Shown in pieces: positions 1 through 8,103 of a DNA stretch of 11,251 nucleotides (its first letter is position 1; each line of letters starts with the position of its first letter). Source of the stretch: an uncultured Methanosarcinaceae archaeon (GTDB lineage: Archaea > Halobacteriota > Methanosarcinia > Methanosarcinales > Methanosarcinaceae); NCBI GenBank assembly GCA_963721455.1, contig CAVRJG010000058.1, positions 1-11,251 of the forward strand. Reading direction: 5' to 3'. The notes beneath the pieces were generated by a model. It worked only from the letters and a program-made list of their open reading frames with translations, did not search any database and was not told the DNA's origin. The translations under genes were made by a program, and so were the position numbers.

Positions 1-21
1 TTTTTGAGGAAATGGATGTAA
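1..21 (+). CDS. 3' end of an unidentified upstream gene (...FLRKWM*), running in from off-window
   Basis: ttt ttg agg aaa tgg atg taa reads FLRKWM*, identical to the end of the fragment at 6791-6811. Confidence 0.6.
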   Translation, partial: FLRKWM

Positions 22-22
22 G
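1..22 (+). repeat. Left copy of a >=22-bp direct repeat (may extend beyond the window)
   Basis: TTTTTGAGGAAATGGATGTAAG is identical at 1-22 and 6791-6812. Confidence 0.9.
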
Positions 23-71
23 TCTGTTTTGGAAATTAGTTGTGCCCAATTAGCTGGTTTAGATCTCATTT

Positions 72-145
72 TAGAATCAGCTTGTTCATCTGCACCTGTT
101 TTCCAAACTTAGCTGTGCACAGAAAATTAAAATGTACGCGAGAAA
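72..145 (+). repeat. Degenerate non-coding repeat, copy 1 (homologous to ~6990-7071)
   Basis: tagaatcagcttgttcatct matches tagaataagttcattcatct at 16/20. acctgttttccaaacttagctgtgcacagaaaattaaaatgtac matches acctgttttttaattttagctgtgtataaagattaaaacgtac at about 35/44 by manual alignment. Confidence 0.7.
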
Positions 146-346
146 ATGAGAGTGAATGCAAGTGTATGAACGTCTTAGTAAAATCTCAACTTATTATTGA
201 GAGACTACACATATCATCCATTGAAAAGTTCAGAAAAAATTACGATATTCTATGAAGTTGGTGTAGGATTTTTTAGAATAAGTTAAATGGAATGAGGTCA
301 AACCAAAATATTAAAATGTTACCATTATTAGATTTATTTTTAGATA

Positions 347-363
347 AGTAAAATTATTAATAT
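347..363 (+). promoter_or_regulatory. Possible archaeal BRE/TATA-like promoter for the TIR-NLR operon
   Basis: Purine-rich agtaaaa followed by TTATTAAT, about 60 nt upstream of ATG 422. The region is AT-rich, so specificity is low. Confidence 0.25.
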
Positions 364-421
364 TTCAATTATTTGAGTATGTAACTGGATTCACATTTAG
401 CGACCATAAGAACGTGTTAAT

Positions 422-1075
422 ATGCCATTCAAGTACTCATGCTTCATAAGCCATAGCAGTAGTAACAGCGATTTTATGAGGACATTCCTCGTGCAGCTTA
501 GAGATACTCTCCAAAGTTATATCAACCTACATTCTCCGAATTATAACAACAAAGAAGTTTATATTGACATGGATCGATTGGGCTCTGGTTGCCATTACAA
601 TGAGGAATTGTCTTGTGCTATTTGTAACAGTATTTGCATGATTGTAGTTTACACTCCGAGCTACAAACATAAAGATCATCTTTACTGTGAACGGGAGTAC
701 ATGGCAATGGAATATATAGAAAATGAACGTATCAAAATGTTGGGGGGTAGAGCTAAAAATAAAGGAATGCTCATTCCCATCATCTTTCGTGGTGATAAGG
801 AAGAAATACCTTCAAAAATTACAAATTCTATCCATTATTGTGATTTTTCAAGACTCACAACAGCTAGTCCACACATAAAAAAAATAAAGAAATGCGCTGT
901 TGAAATTGAGAAAATTGCTGAAACTATTTGTGATTACGAGAAAGCTTTTAAAGAGCGAGATATCAATCCATGTAGTGGATGTGACTCTTTTAGTCTACCT
1001 TCCGAGGAAGAAATAGAGTCATGGGAAGAAAAGTCTAGTAAACCTATATCTCCTTTTCCCGGGCGTGGGGTGTAA
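422..1075 (+). CDS. TIR domain protein (TIR_2 / FxsC-N-like)
   Basis: TIR motifs: CFISHS (betaA), VYIDMDRLGSG, LSCAICNSICMIVVYTPSY, YCEREY (putative catalytic Glu), LIPIIFRG. Ends in PFPG. Only 5 nt separate it from the next ATG. Confidence 0.85.
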   Translation: MPFKYSCFISHSSSNSDFMRTFLVQLRDTLQSYINLHSPNYNNKEVYIDMDRLGSGCHYNEELSCAICNSICMIVVYTPSYKHKDHLYCEREYMAMEYIENERIKMLGGRAKNKGMLIPIIFRGDKEEIPSKITNSIHYCDFSRLTTASPHIKKIKKCAVEIEKIAETICDYEKAFKERDINPCSGCDSFSLPSEEEIESWEEKSSKPISPFPGRGV

Positions 1076-1080
1076 TAATT

Positions 1081-4000
1081 ATGTCATCAAGTACACCTGG
1101 AGAAATAATTACTTTTTACTCGTACAAAGGTGGAACTGGGAGATCAATGGCTTTGAGTAATGTTGCTTGCATTCTCGCAGAAAGACAATCAAAAGGTAAG
1201 GGGGTTTTGATGATTGATTGGGATCTGGAGGCTCCCGGTCTTCATCGATTTTTCCATGATAAATTTAAGCGAAGATACGGGAACTCAAATGAGTCTGTGA
1301 ATGAGTTTACCCTGCATCTAGGTCTTATTGATTTATTCTTAGAGTTCGAACGTCTAACACTTAATATAAATATAGATTGTAATGGAGGATCTGAAAAAAA
1401 CGCAAATGAAGTTTTAAAAAATATTGACCTCGAAAAGTTTGTGATTGAAACTGACATTCCTCATCTTAGCTTGCTTAAGGCTGGATGCTTTGATGAAAAT
1501 TACTCTACAAAGGTTAACACCTTCAATTGGGAAGATTTGTATAATCGATCTCCTTATTTGTTTATCTCATTTGCCGAAAAATTAGTTGAGAGAGTATAAA
1601 TACGTACTGATCGATTCTCGCACGGGATATACAGATATCAGTGGAATCTGTACTTCGCTAATGCCACAGGAATTGGTAGCGGTTTTTACGCCAAATAGAC
1701 AAAATTACATGGGAATTTCAGAAATTGTTCGGGCGGCAACGGATTATCGTAGAAAATCTGAAGATTTACGTCCTCTTCTGGTTTACCCTCTTCCCTCACG
1801 CATAGAATCATCCAGAGATGATCTTCGAGCAGAGTGGCGGTTTGGAAATTCTGAAAAATTAATTAAAGGTTATCAACCAATGTTCGAGGAACTTTTTAGC
1901 GAAGTTTATGACATTTCTAATTGTAGTCTGAAGGATTATTTTGAAGATGTTCAAATTCAGCATAGTCCTGATTATGCTATGGAGAAGAAATCGCAGTAAT
2001 GGTAGAAAAAGTTGAAGACAGATTTTCACTTATCTAAAAGTTATAGAGTTTTTACAGAATGGTTACTTGAATCCAGTGCTCCTTGGCAGAGATTGAATCA
2101 AGAGGTTATCCCAAAAACAATATCAAACGTTCCTTACTCAAGGAACTTTCGTTTTACAGGGCGTGAAGATAAGTTAAAACAAATCCATGAAGCTCTTATT
2201 TCAGAGAATATAATTGTACCTCAACCCATTGCAGTGTGCGGACTCGGAGGTATTGGGAAAACACAAACTGCGGTTGAATATACCTATCGTTATTGTGATG
2301 AATACGAATTTATATTCTGGGTAAAAGCGGATTCTGAAGATTCGATAATTTCCGGTTACGTCGATATTGCAAAATTATTGGATTTACCGGTTAAAAATCA
2401 CTCCGACCAGAATAATATTGTTTCAGCTGTATTAAACTGGTTTAGAACCCACGAGAACTGGTTACTTGTTCTCGACAATGCGGATGACACTTCTTTTGTA
2501 AAGAATTATTTTCCTCCATATCCCAAAGGGAATATCCTCCTGACATCAAGAGCACAAGTTTTTGATGCGCTTGAGATTACAAAGTTGGTTGAAATGGAGG
2601 AGATGTCTCCTGAAGAAGCTAAATATTACATGCTAAAGCGTACTGGACGTGCAGATATAAATCAACAGGAAGCTGAAGCGCTTGAAAAGCTTGTTCAGGA
2701 ACTTGGTTATCTTCCTTTGGCTTTGGAAAAAGCAGGAGCCTATATTTATGCAAACAATTCCAGCTTTAAGGACTACCTAGTCAGCTATAGTAAACGTGGT
2801 CTAAAGTTATTAGGAAAATCTCTGATTGATAAGAACAAATATCCAGAGTCAATATTTGCCTCTTGGTTGATTAATTTCGAGGAGGTGAAGAATAAATCAG
2901 AAATTTCAGCAGATATCTTATTTGCAAGTGCTTTTTTGCATCCTCACGAAATCCCTTATGAAATCTTTTATAAAGGTGGGCATGAATTAGGGCCTTTAAT
3001 TTCTGCTGCATTTAATGATGTTGATACAGATCCCCTCGTTTTTGATGAAGTTCTTAAACCACTATGGCAGTACTCTTTAATCAACTGTGATGCTGGCTGC
3101 CGTACTTACGATATTAATCGCCTTGTACAGGCTGTTATCAGAGATGGAATGAAAAAAGATGAACAGTACCTATGGATTGAACGTATCATTAAAGCTATAA
3201 ACTGTGCGTTCCCTGATGTTGAGTATAAAAATTGGGAAATTTGCGATAAGCTTCTTTCACATGCTCAGACCTGTGCAGAATATATTGCACTTTGGAATAT
3301 AGAGACTGAAGAATCTGCAAAACTGCTAAATGCGACTGGCAGTTATTTACATAAGCTTGCACGTTTTAAGGAAAGCGAGTCCCTCTTGAAAGGTTCATTG
3401 GATATTCGAAAGAAATTTCTGGAATCCGGGCATTTTGAGTATTTTTGAGAGTTTCAATAATTTAGGGGAAGCTTTATAGCGATTTAGGCAGGTACTCCGA
3501 AGCAGAACCACTATTCTTGCATGCATTAGAGATTCGAGAAAATACATTAAATTCAGATGATCCAGCTATAGCAGAGAGTCTTAACAATTTAGCGAGACTT
3601 TTCAGATCTTTGGGTAGGTATTCTGAAGCTGAATCACTACATGTGCGTGCATTAGAAATTAGAGAAAACGTTTTGGAAGCCGGATGATCCAGCCATAGCA
3701 GAGAGTCTCGACAACTTAGCTGGAGTTTATAGAGATTCAGGACGACTTTCAGAAGCCGAACCACTAAGAATCCGTGCCTTGGAAATCACAGAAAAAACAC
3801 TGGCCCTGAACATCCAGATGTAAGCACTCGTCTCGACAACTTAGCTGGAGTTTATAGAGATTTTAGGGCGACTTTCAGAAGCCAAACCACTAAGAATCCG
3901 CGCCTTGGAAATCACCGAGAAAGCACTTGGTCCTGAACATCCAGATGTAGCTATTTGCCTTAACAGTCTAGCGACAGTCTACAGGGATTTGGGCAGGTAT

Positions 4001-4591
4001 TCTGAAGCTGAACCATTATATATTCGTGCCTTGGAAATCACCGAGAAAGCACTTGGTCCTGAACATCCAAATGTAGCTATCTACCTTAACAATCTAGCTG
4101 GAGTATATAGCAATTTGGGTCGATTTTCAGAAGTCGAACCATTATATATTCGTGCCTTGGAAATCACTGAAAAAACGCTTGGATCTAAACATCCAGATTT
4201 AGGTACTCGCCTTAACAATCTAGCTGGAGTGTATAGTAATTTGGGTAGATTTTCAGAAGCCGAACCATTATATATTCGTGCCTTGGAAATCACTGAAAAA
4301 GCGCTTGGCCCTGAACACCCAAAAGTAGCTGTTTGTCTTAAAAATTTGGCTATATTTTTCCATAAGCAAAGGAAGTATCTCCAGGCTAGACCTTATTATG
4401 AGCGAGCAATTGAAGTTATGGAAAAAACCATAAGAGAAAATAGTCTTGAGCTTGTTAGCCTCCTAGAAGATTATGCATCTCTGCTGAATAGTATGAAAAA
4501 AAATGAGTACGCCGTAAGAACATATAACCGCGCTAAAAGTATACGTTCAAAAATTGAAAAAGGGAAAATAAATAAGTTCAACTTATTATAA
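1081..4591 (+). pseudogene. ParA/MinD-like ATPase + NB-ARC (STAND) + TPR protein, FxsT-like, ~1,170 aa if repaired; frameshifted as given (pseudogene or sequencing errors)
   Basis: ParA-like part: TFYSYKGGTGRS, IDWDLEAPGL, YVLIDSRTG, and YA(Y)GEEIAV in a shifted frame. NB-ARC part: NVPYSRNFRFTGRE, GLGGIGKT, LLVLDNAD, LLTSR, LGYLPLAL, NRLVQ. Then 42-aa TPRs. ORFs 1081-1599, 1586-1999, 2012-3448 and 3905-4591 join through indels near 1590, 1978, 2030, 3440, 3470, 3679, 3803 and 3862. Confidence 0.85.
3320..4450 (+). repeat. Tandem 126-bp (42-aa) TPR-coding repeats, about 9 units
   Basis: cg(t/c)gccttggaaatcac recurs at 3773, 3899, 4025, 4151 and 4277, an exact 126-nt period. Consensus LNNLAGVYxxLGRxSEAEPLYIRALEITEKxLGPEHP. 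Confidence 0.9.
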
Positions 4592-4703
4592 TCTCAACAC
4601 ATATTTGATATAATATCGAGTCTCTATAATTGTTTGTTTCATCATCTGCTTTCGAAAAAATAGGGCATACCATTCAAGAGTTGCCTTCCTTAATCTATTA
4701 CCT

Positions 4704-5126
4704 TCAGTTTGACAGGGCTTTTATTATCGCTTCCGGCGTGAAATTCATAGCCCAACTTGCACTGGAATTTATTATTGCAAGCGGGGACTCACAACTCTTA
4801 TCAATTTTCACTGCAACTAACTTTTTTCTCAGCTCTTTTGCTTTGTTTACTTCCCAGTTAATCCAATTGATATCTCCAATCAATTCGGAATCTGGATGGC
4901 GCTTATTCGCTTCTCTACCTATTATCACAAGAACATATGTGGATTCATTAATTTTGATTGAAAGTCCTGCTTTTCTTCTGCCGAGGTTGTAACTGTTGAT
5001 TTCATGCGCAGATTTATCAGAGAAACTAAAATCAAAGTAAGAGTTTGCATTCCAGGCCTCTAACAGAAATTTGTAATGCTTATCGTTTTCATAGTCAAAA
5101 CTGACAAAAACTTTCTTCTTAGCCAC
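4704..5126 (-). CDS. Stand-alone TIR protein, DUF1863/MTH538 (Thoeris ThsB-like)
   Basis: KKVFVSFDYEND, STYVLVIIG, NWINWEVNKA (putative catalytic Glu), LVAVKI. GTG start preceded by GAGGT; overlaps the HD gene by 8 nt. Confidence 0.85.
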   Translation of the reverse strand: MAKKKVFVSFDYENDKHYKFLLEAWNANSYFDFSFSDKSAHEINSYNLGRRKAGLSIKINESTYVLVIIGREANKRHPDSELIGDINWINWEVNKAKELRKKLVAVKIDKSCESPLAIINSSASWAMNFTPEAIIKALSN

Positions 5127-6372
5127 TATTAACCTCTTTTATTGTGATTCCATCTTCAAAAACATCATTTATTTTTAGTAGCTTATATATCTTCTCTTTT
5201 ATTTCAGAGGAGTTACTCTCATTAAAATAGTTATCAGAGAACTCATAAATTATTTCCAAGGTATAGTTATCTATTGTTAACTTAAAGTCTGTAGAAGGAC
5301 ATTTGTTTTTGCTGTAATCCTGACCATAAAACTCTCTTTTCCATTCTTGAAGATTGTCGCACAATATCAGCAGATAAGCAATTGGATGAACTTTAGCATT
5401 AAAGGCTTCTAAGCTAAAATATTCCATCAGACCACGCTCAAAATAGTTATGTAAAAAAATTGCACTTGCCGCGTCAGCTATTGGATAATAAAAGTATGCT
5501 GGATTCCATTTTGTGCTTTTTACCAGATAGTGATACCAGCTCAGTATAACTACAGAACTGTATAGCCCATGATCGATGAAACTTCCTTCTCTCATAGTGT
5601 CTATAAACTTGTTGATATTATCGTTTACATCATCAAAATTGAGGCTGAAACTGGTAGTAATCGATTTAGAGAGAATTTCAATTGCATCACTACGGAATTC
5701 TTCTTCATAATTTGGATATTTTTCAATGAAACTGTCTTTATACTTTATATCTGGGTTTATTATCGGAAGTTTTCTAAACTCTTCAAAATTACATATTTCT
5801 AACTTTATTCTTAAATTATTGTCTTCTGTTTTAGGATAGCTGCATATAAAGGCAGCATAATTTTTTGCTTGCTCTAAAGTAATTTCTAGTGGGTATGCAA
5901 TATCATGAAACAGAGATGCAAGCCCCCAGCGATAGAAAAATTCTTCATTGTTTGTATCGTAGGAATTAGGATATTCACTTTTGTTAAGAGCATATTTTTT
6001 AAATATTTCTCTATAATTAGAGTTCTGTTCATAAATTGCTATACCGATTAAAAAGACAAAGACACTGTGAATATAATGGTCCCGCTGTTTTGGGGTCAAT
6101 CTCCCTGCTAGTTCTTCGAATGTTTTTACCTTTTCTATGAGTATTAAAAACGGATTTTCTTTTTCGTTTGTGCCTATCCAGTAGGCCTTAAAAAAAGTTT
6201 CATACACTTTATAAGCAGAATCTGTAGTCGTTGAATTTAGGAAATTACATACTGCGGCAATTATTTCTTGTTTGTATCCTTTGCCATTATGAATATCTTC
6301 ATAAATTTCCAGGTTATTAAAAAAAGAGTGAATATATTGTTCAAGGGAAGTTTTTCTTTGTTCTGATATCAT
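5119..6372 (-). CDS. HD-superfamily metal-dependent phosphohydrolase-like protein
   Basis: Ordered metal-ligand motifs RDHYIHS, ASLFHDIAYP, DHGLYSS, AIFLHN, LILCDNLQEW. Intact 417-aa ORF. Confidence 0.8.
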   Translation of the reverse strand: MISEQRKTSLEQYIHSFFNNLEIYEDIHNGKGYKQEIIAAVCNFLNSTTTDSAYKVYETFFKAYWIGTNEKENPFLILIEKVKTFEELAGRLTPKQRDHYIHSVFVFLIGIAIYEQNSNYREIFKKYALNKSEYPNSYDTNNEEFFYRWGLASLFHDIAYPLEITLEQAKNYAAFICSYPKTEDNNLRIKLEICNFEEFRKLPIINPDIKYKDSFIEKYPNYEEEFRSDAIEILSKSITTSFSLNFDDVNDNINKFIDTMREGSFIDHGLYSSVVILSWYHYLVKSTKWNPAYFYYPIADAASAIFLHNYFERGLMEYFSLEAFNAKVHPIAYLLILCDNLQEWKREFYGQDYSKNKCPSTDFKLTIDNYTLEIIYEFSDNYFNESNSSEIKEKIYKLLKINDVFEDGITIKEVNSG

Positions 6373-6489
6373 TGTTATCTGTGTTAAATAACATTCAACC
6401 TGTTAAATAGACTTTCTTTTTTGATCTTGCCGATATGTACAGGAAATTGCAGTGTAAAATAAGAAGATTATTCAAGTAATTTAATAAAG

Positions 6490-6811
6490 CGGAACAAAAC
6501 CCTCAATCCTTTTCTGGTAAAACAGGTACTCCTGGGCATACCCGCAATAGGGACCGAAATATTCCCGTCCCCAGTCCCCCATTCTGCTCAGGTTCGTGCA
6601 ATTTTCAAAGAAGAAAACGGAAAAATACGTCTTTGAAATCCGTCGCAAGTACCCGATGGCAAAAGGTCTTCTCGAAAACCAGCTTATGAACTGCTCCCTT
6701 GGGAAACAGGTATATCAGAGCGTGAATGAGGGCTTTGAGCTTATAGAGAATGCCGGGATTTGCAGGTTAAAATATCCTGATTTCAGGGTTTTTTTGAGGA
6801 AATGGATGTAA
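6490..6811 (+). pseudogene. 5'-truncated, apparently frameshifted 3' fragment of the gene that also ends at 1-21
   Basis: One frame reads KTLNPFLVKQVLLGIPAIG...FKEENGKIRL and another continues FEIRRKYPMAK...ICRLKYPDFRVFLRKWM*. There is no convincing start, and the last 21 nt match 1-21. The family is not recognised. Confidence 0.55.
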
Positions 6812-6812
6812 G
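6791..6812 (+). repeat. Right copy of the 22-bp direct repeat
   Basis: Identical to 1-22. Confidence 0.9.
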
Positions 6813-6989
6813 AGAGATTACTGTAGAACCTAAGTTCCGGGTTTTTAGGCACACAAAAGCCGCTTGATGCTGAATGATGTGCTTAAACTTAACCACATAA
6901 TCTCCAGTTTCAAATTCCAAAACCACAGTCAAATGACATAACAGATTTGTGGAAATATGGATATGCGCTTAAAATTTTGGAACTAAGGG

Positions 6990-7071
6990 TAGAATAAGTT
7001 CATTCATCTCATATGAACCTGTTTTTTAATTTTAGCTGTGTATAAAGATTAAAACGTACACAGCGCAGAAA
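6990..7071 (+). repeat. Degenerate non-coding repeat, copy 2, containing an 8-bp inverted repeat
   Basis: Aligns to 72-145. GCTGTGTA (7035-7042) and TACACAGC (7057-7064) form a perfect inverted repeat with a 14-nt spacer. Confidence 0.7.
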
Positions 7072-7179
7072 TTTGGACTTATAACTTTTCGCTGGATCGT
7101 TCAGAGATAGACCCGAATAGATAGTTCATGAAAATGGTAGGTATATTGCCTTACGAATAAGTGAGTGAGAACAATGTGT

Positions 7180-7236
7180 CCAACACGGCACGCCGGAATC
7201 TTTGTATGCGGGGTAGGGCTTGAGGTCGTGGATCAT
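7180..7236 (-). pseudogene. hsdS: Truncated N-terminus of a type I RM specificity subunit
   Basis: ATG at 7236 overlaps the upstream stop (ATGA) and reads MIHDLKPYPAYKDSGVP, like the YxxYKDSGVxWLG start of HsdS proteins. Similarity is then lost, and a stop follows at 7126-7128. This ORF is not in the supplied track. Confidence 0.75.
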
Positions 7237-8103
7237 GTATCCACCTCCGCATCCTGAATGGACTTTAGCGTATGTCCGTCAGCGGTTTTCCACTCGGTAC
7301 GGCCGTTTGCCGCTCTTCCGAGAAGCACACCAGCTGCCGTCGAAGGGGAATTAAAGGTATAGTCCTGTGTCATTTCATAGTAATGGCCGTTGTCAACAAA
7401 GACACCCTGTTCAACCAGTGAACGGCGCATGTCACTCAGGTAGGCATGAATTGATTTTGTTTCACTCTTAACTGCTTGTGAACCTGTTCGCACGACAAAA
7501 CCTGTGGTTGTCTGGTACCCTCTTGCTCTTTATATCCTTGGCGTTCAATGTGAATTCGAGAGTGGTCTGTGTGGGTGCAGGGGCTGCTTCAAAAAATCCA
7601 TATCCCAGCACTGGCAGGCAGAGCAGGATATCTGCAAGAAAACCTTCAGCTTCAGCTATATCTGCTTCTGACAGGGAAGGTGGTTGTGGAGTGTTGGCAT
7701 TGTCGAGCACACATCTTTTTGCAGTTTTTGCCAGGTCGATAAGCCGGTATTCAAGAAACTGGATGTGAGCCTTATTCAGGTTTTGATCCTTGCTTGTGAA
7801 ACCAGCTGCCTGAGTCCAGAAATCTTTATTTTTCGCGTGCTGATCCAGCCTCGGGCCAATTGGATCGCCTTCTCCCACATACACGCGGGGAAGCTGGGAC
7901 TTTTCATCTGGTCCGACCAGAATATACACCCCCGTACTTCCCAGCTCAGCACGTGAACGGGTCTCAGCAAATAGTGATCTTGGAATCACAAGCCCTCTTC
8001 CAGTCCAGTTAGACTTCTCCACAGTCTTGACGCCGTCCGGATCTCCGCCTGGGAGAAATAGGCGCACCGAGAAGGCCCTGGGTCTTTCCCTGTTATTGAT
8101 CAT
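7233..8103 (-). CDS. GIY-YIG nuclease-like + DUF4357 protein, ~290 aa, split by one frameshift near 7527
   Basis: TGVYILVG...VYVGEG...RLDQH..KDFW...LE marks the GIY-YIG part. Removing one base gives IKARGYQTTTGFVVRTGSQA and continues into DYTFNSPSTAAGVLLGRAANGRTEWK (DUF4357-like). GGAGG RBS at 8110-8114. Confidence 0.8.

Noticed and set aside
40-255. 71-aa ORF
   Set aside because: TTG start, no motifs, and it overlaps the non-coding repeat; likely spurious.
1242-4293. Minus-strand ORFs 1242-1457, 3474-3764 and 4081-4293
   Set aside because: Antisense shadows of the ParA-NB-ARC-TPR gene.
3320-4450. Regular repeats as a possible CRISPR array
   Set aside because: The 126-bp period translates to TPRs and there are no unique spacers.
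4630-5802. Plus-strand ORFs 4630-4992 and 5569-5802
   Set aside because: Antisense to the well-supported TIR and HD genes.
6490-6811. Fragment as an IS transposase remnant or STAND winged-helix tail
   Set aside because: No DDE motif or terminal inverted repeats. The resemblance of RLKYPDFRVFLRKW to ATPase winged-helix ends is too weak to call.
6829-6849. CCTAA...TTAGG hairpin as a terminator
   Set aside because: Short, weak stem that could arise by chance.
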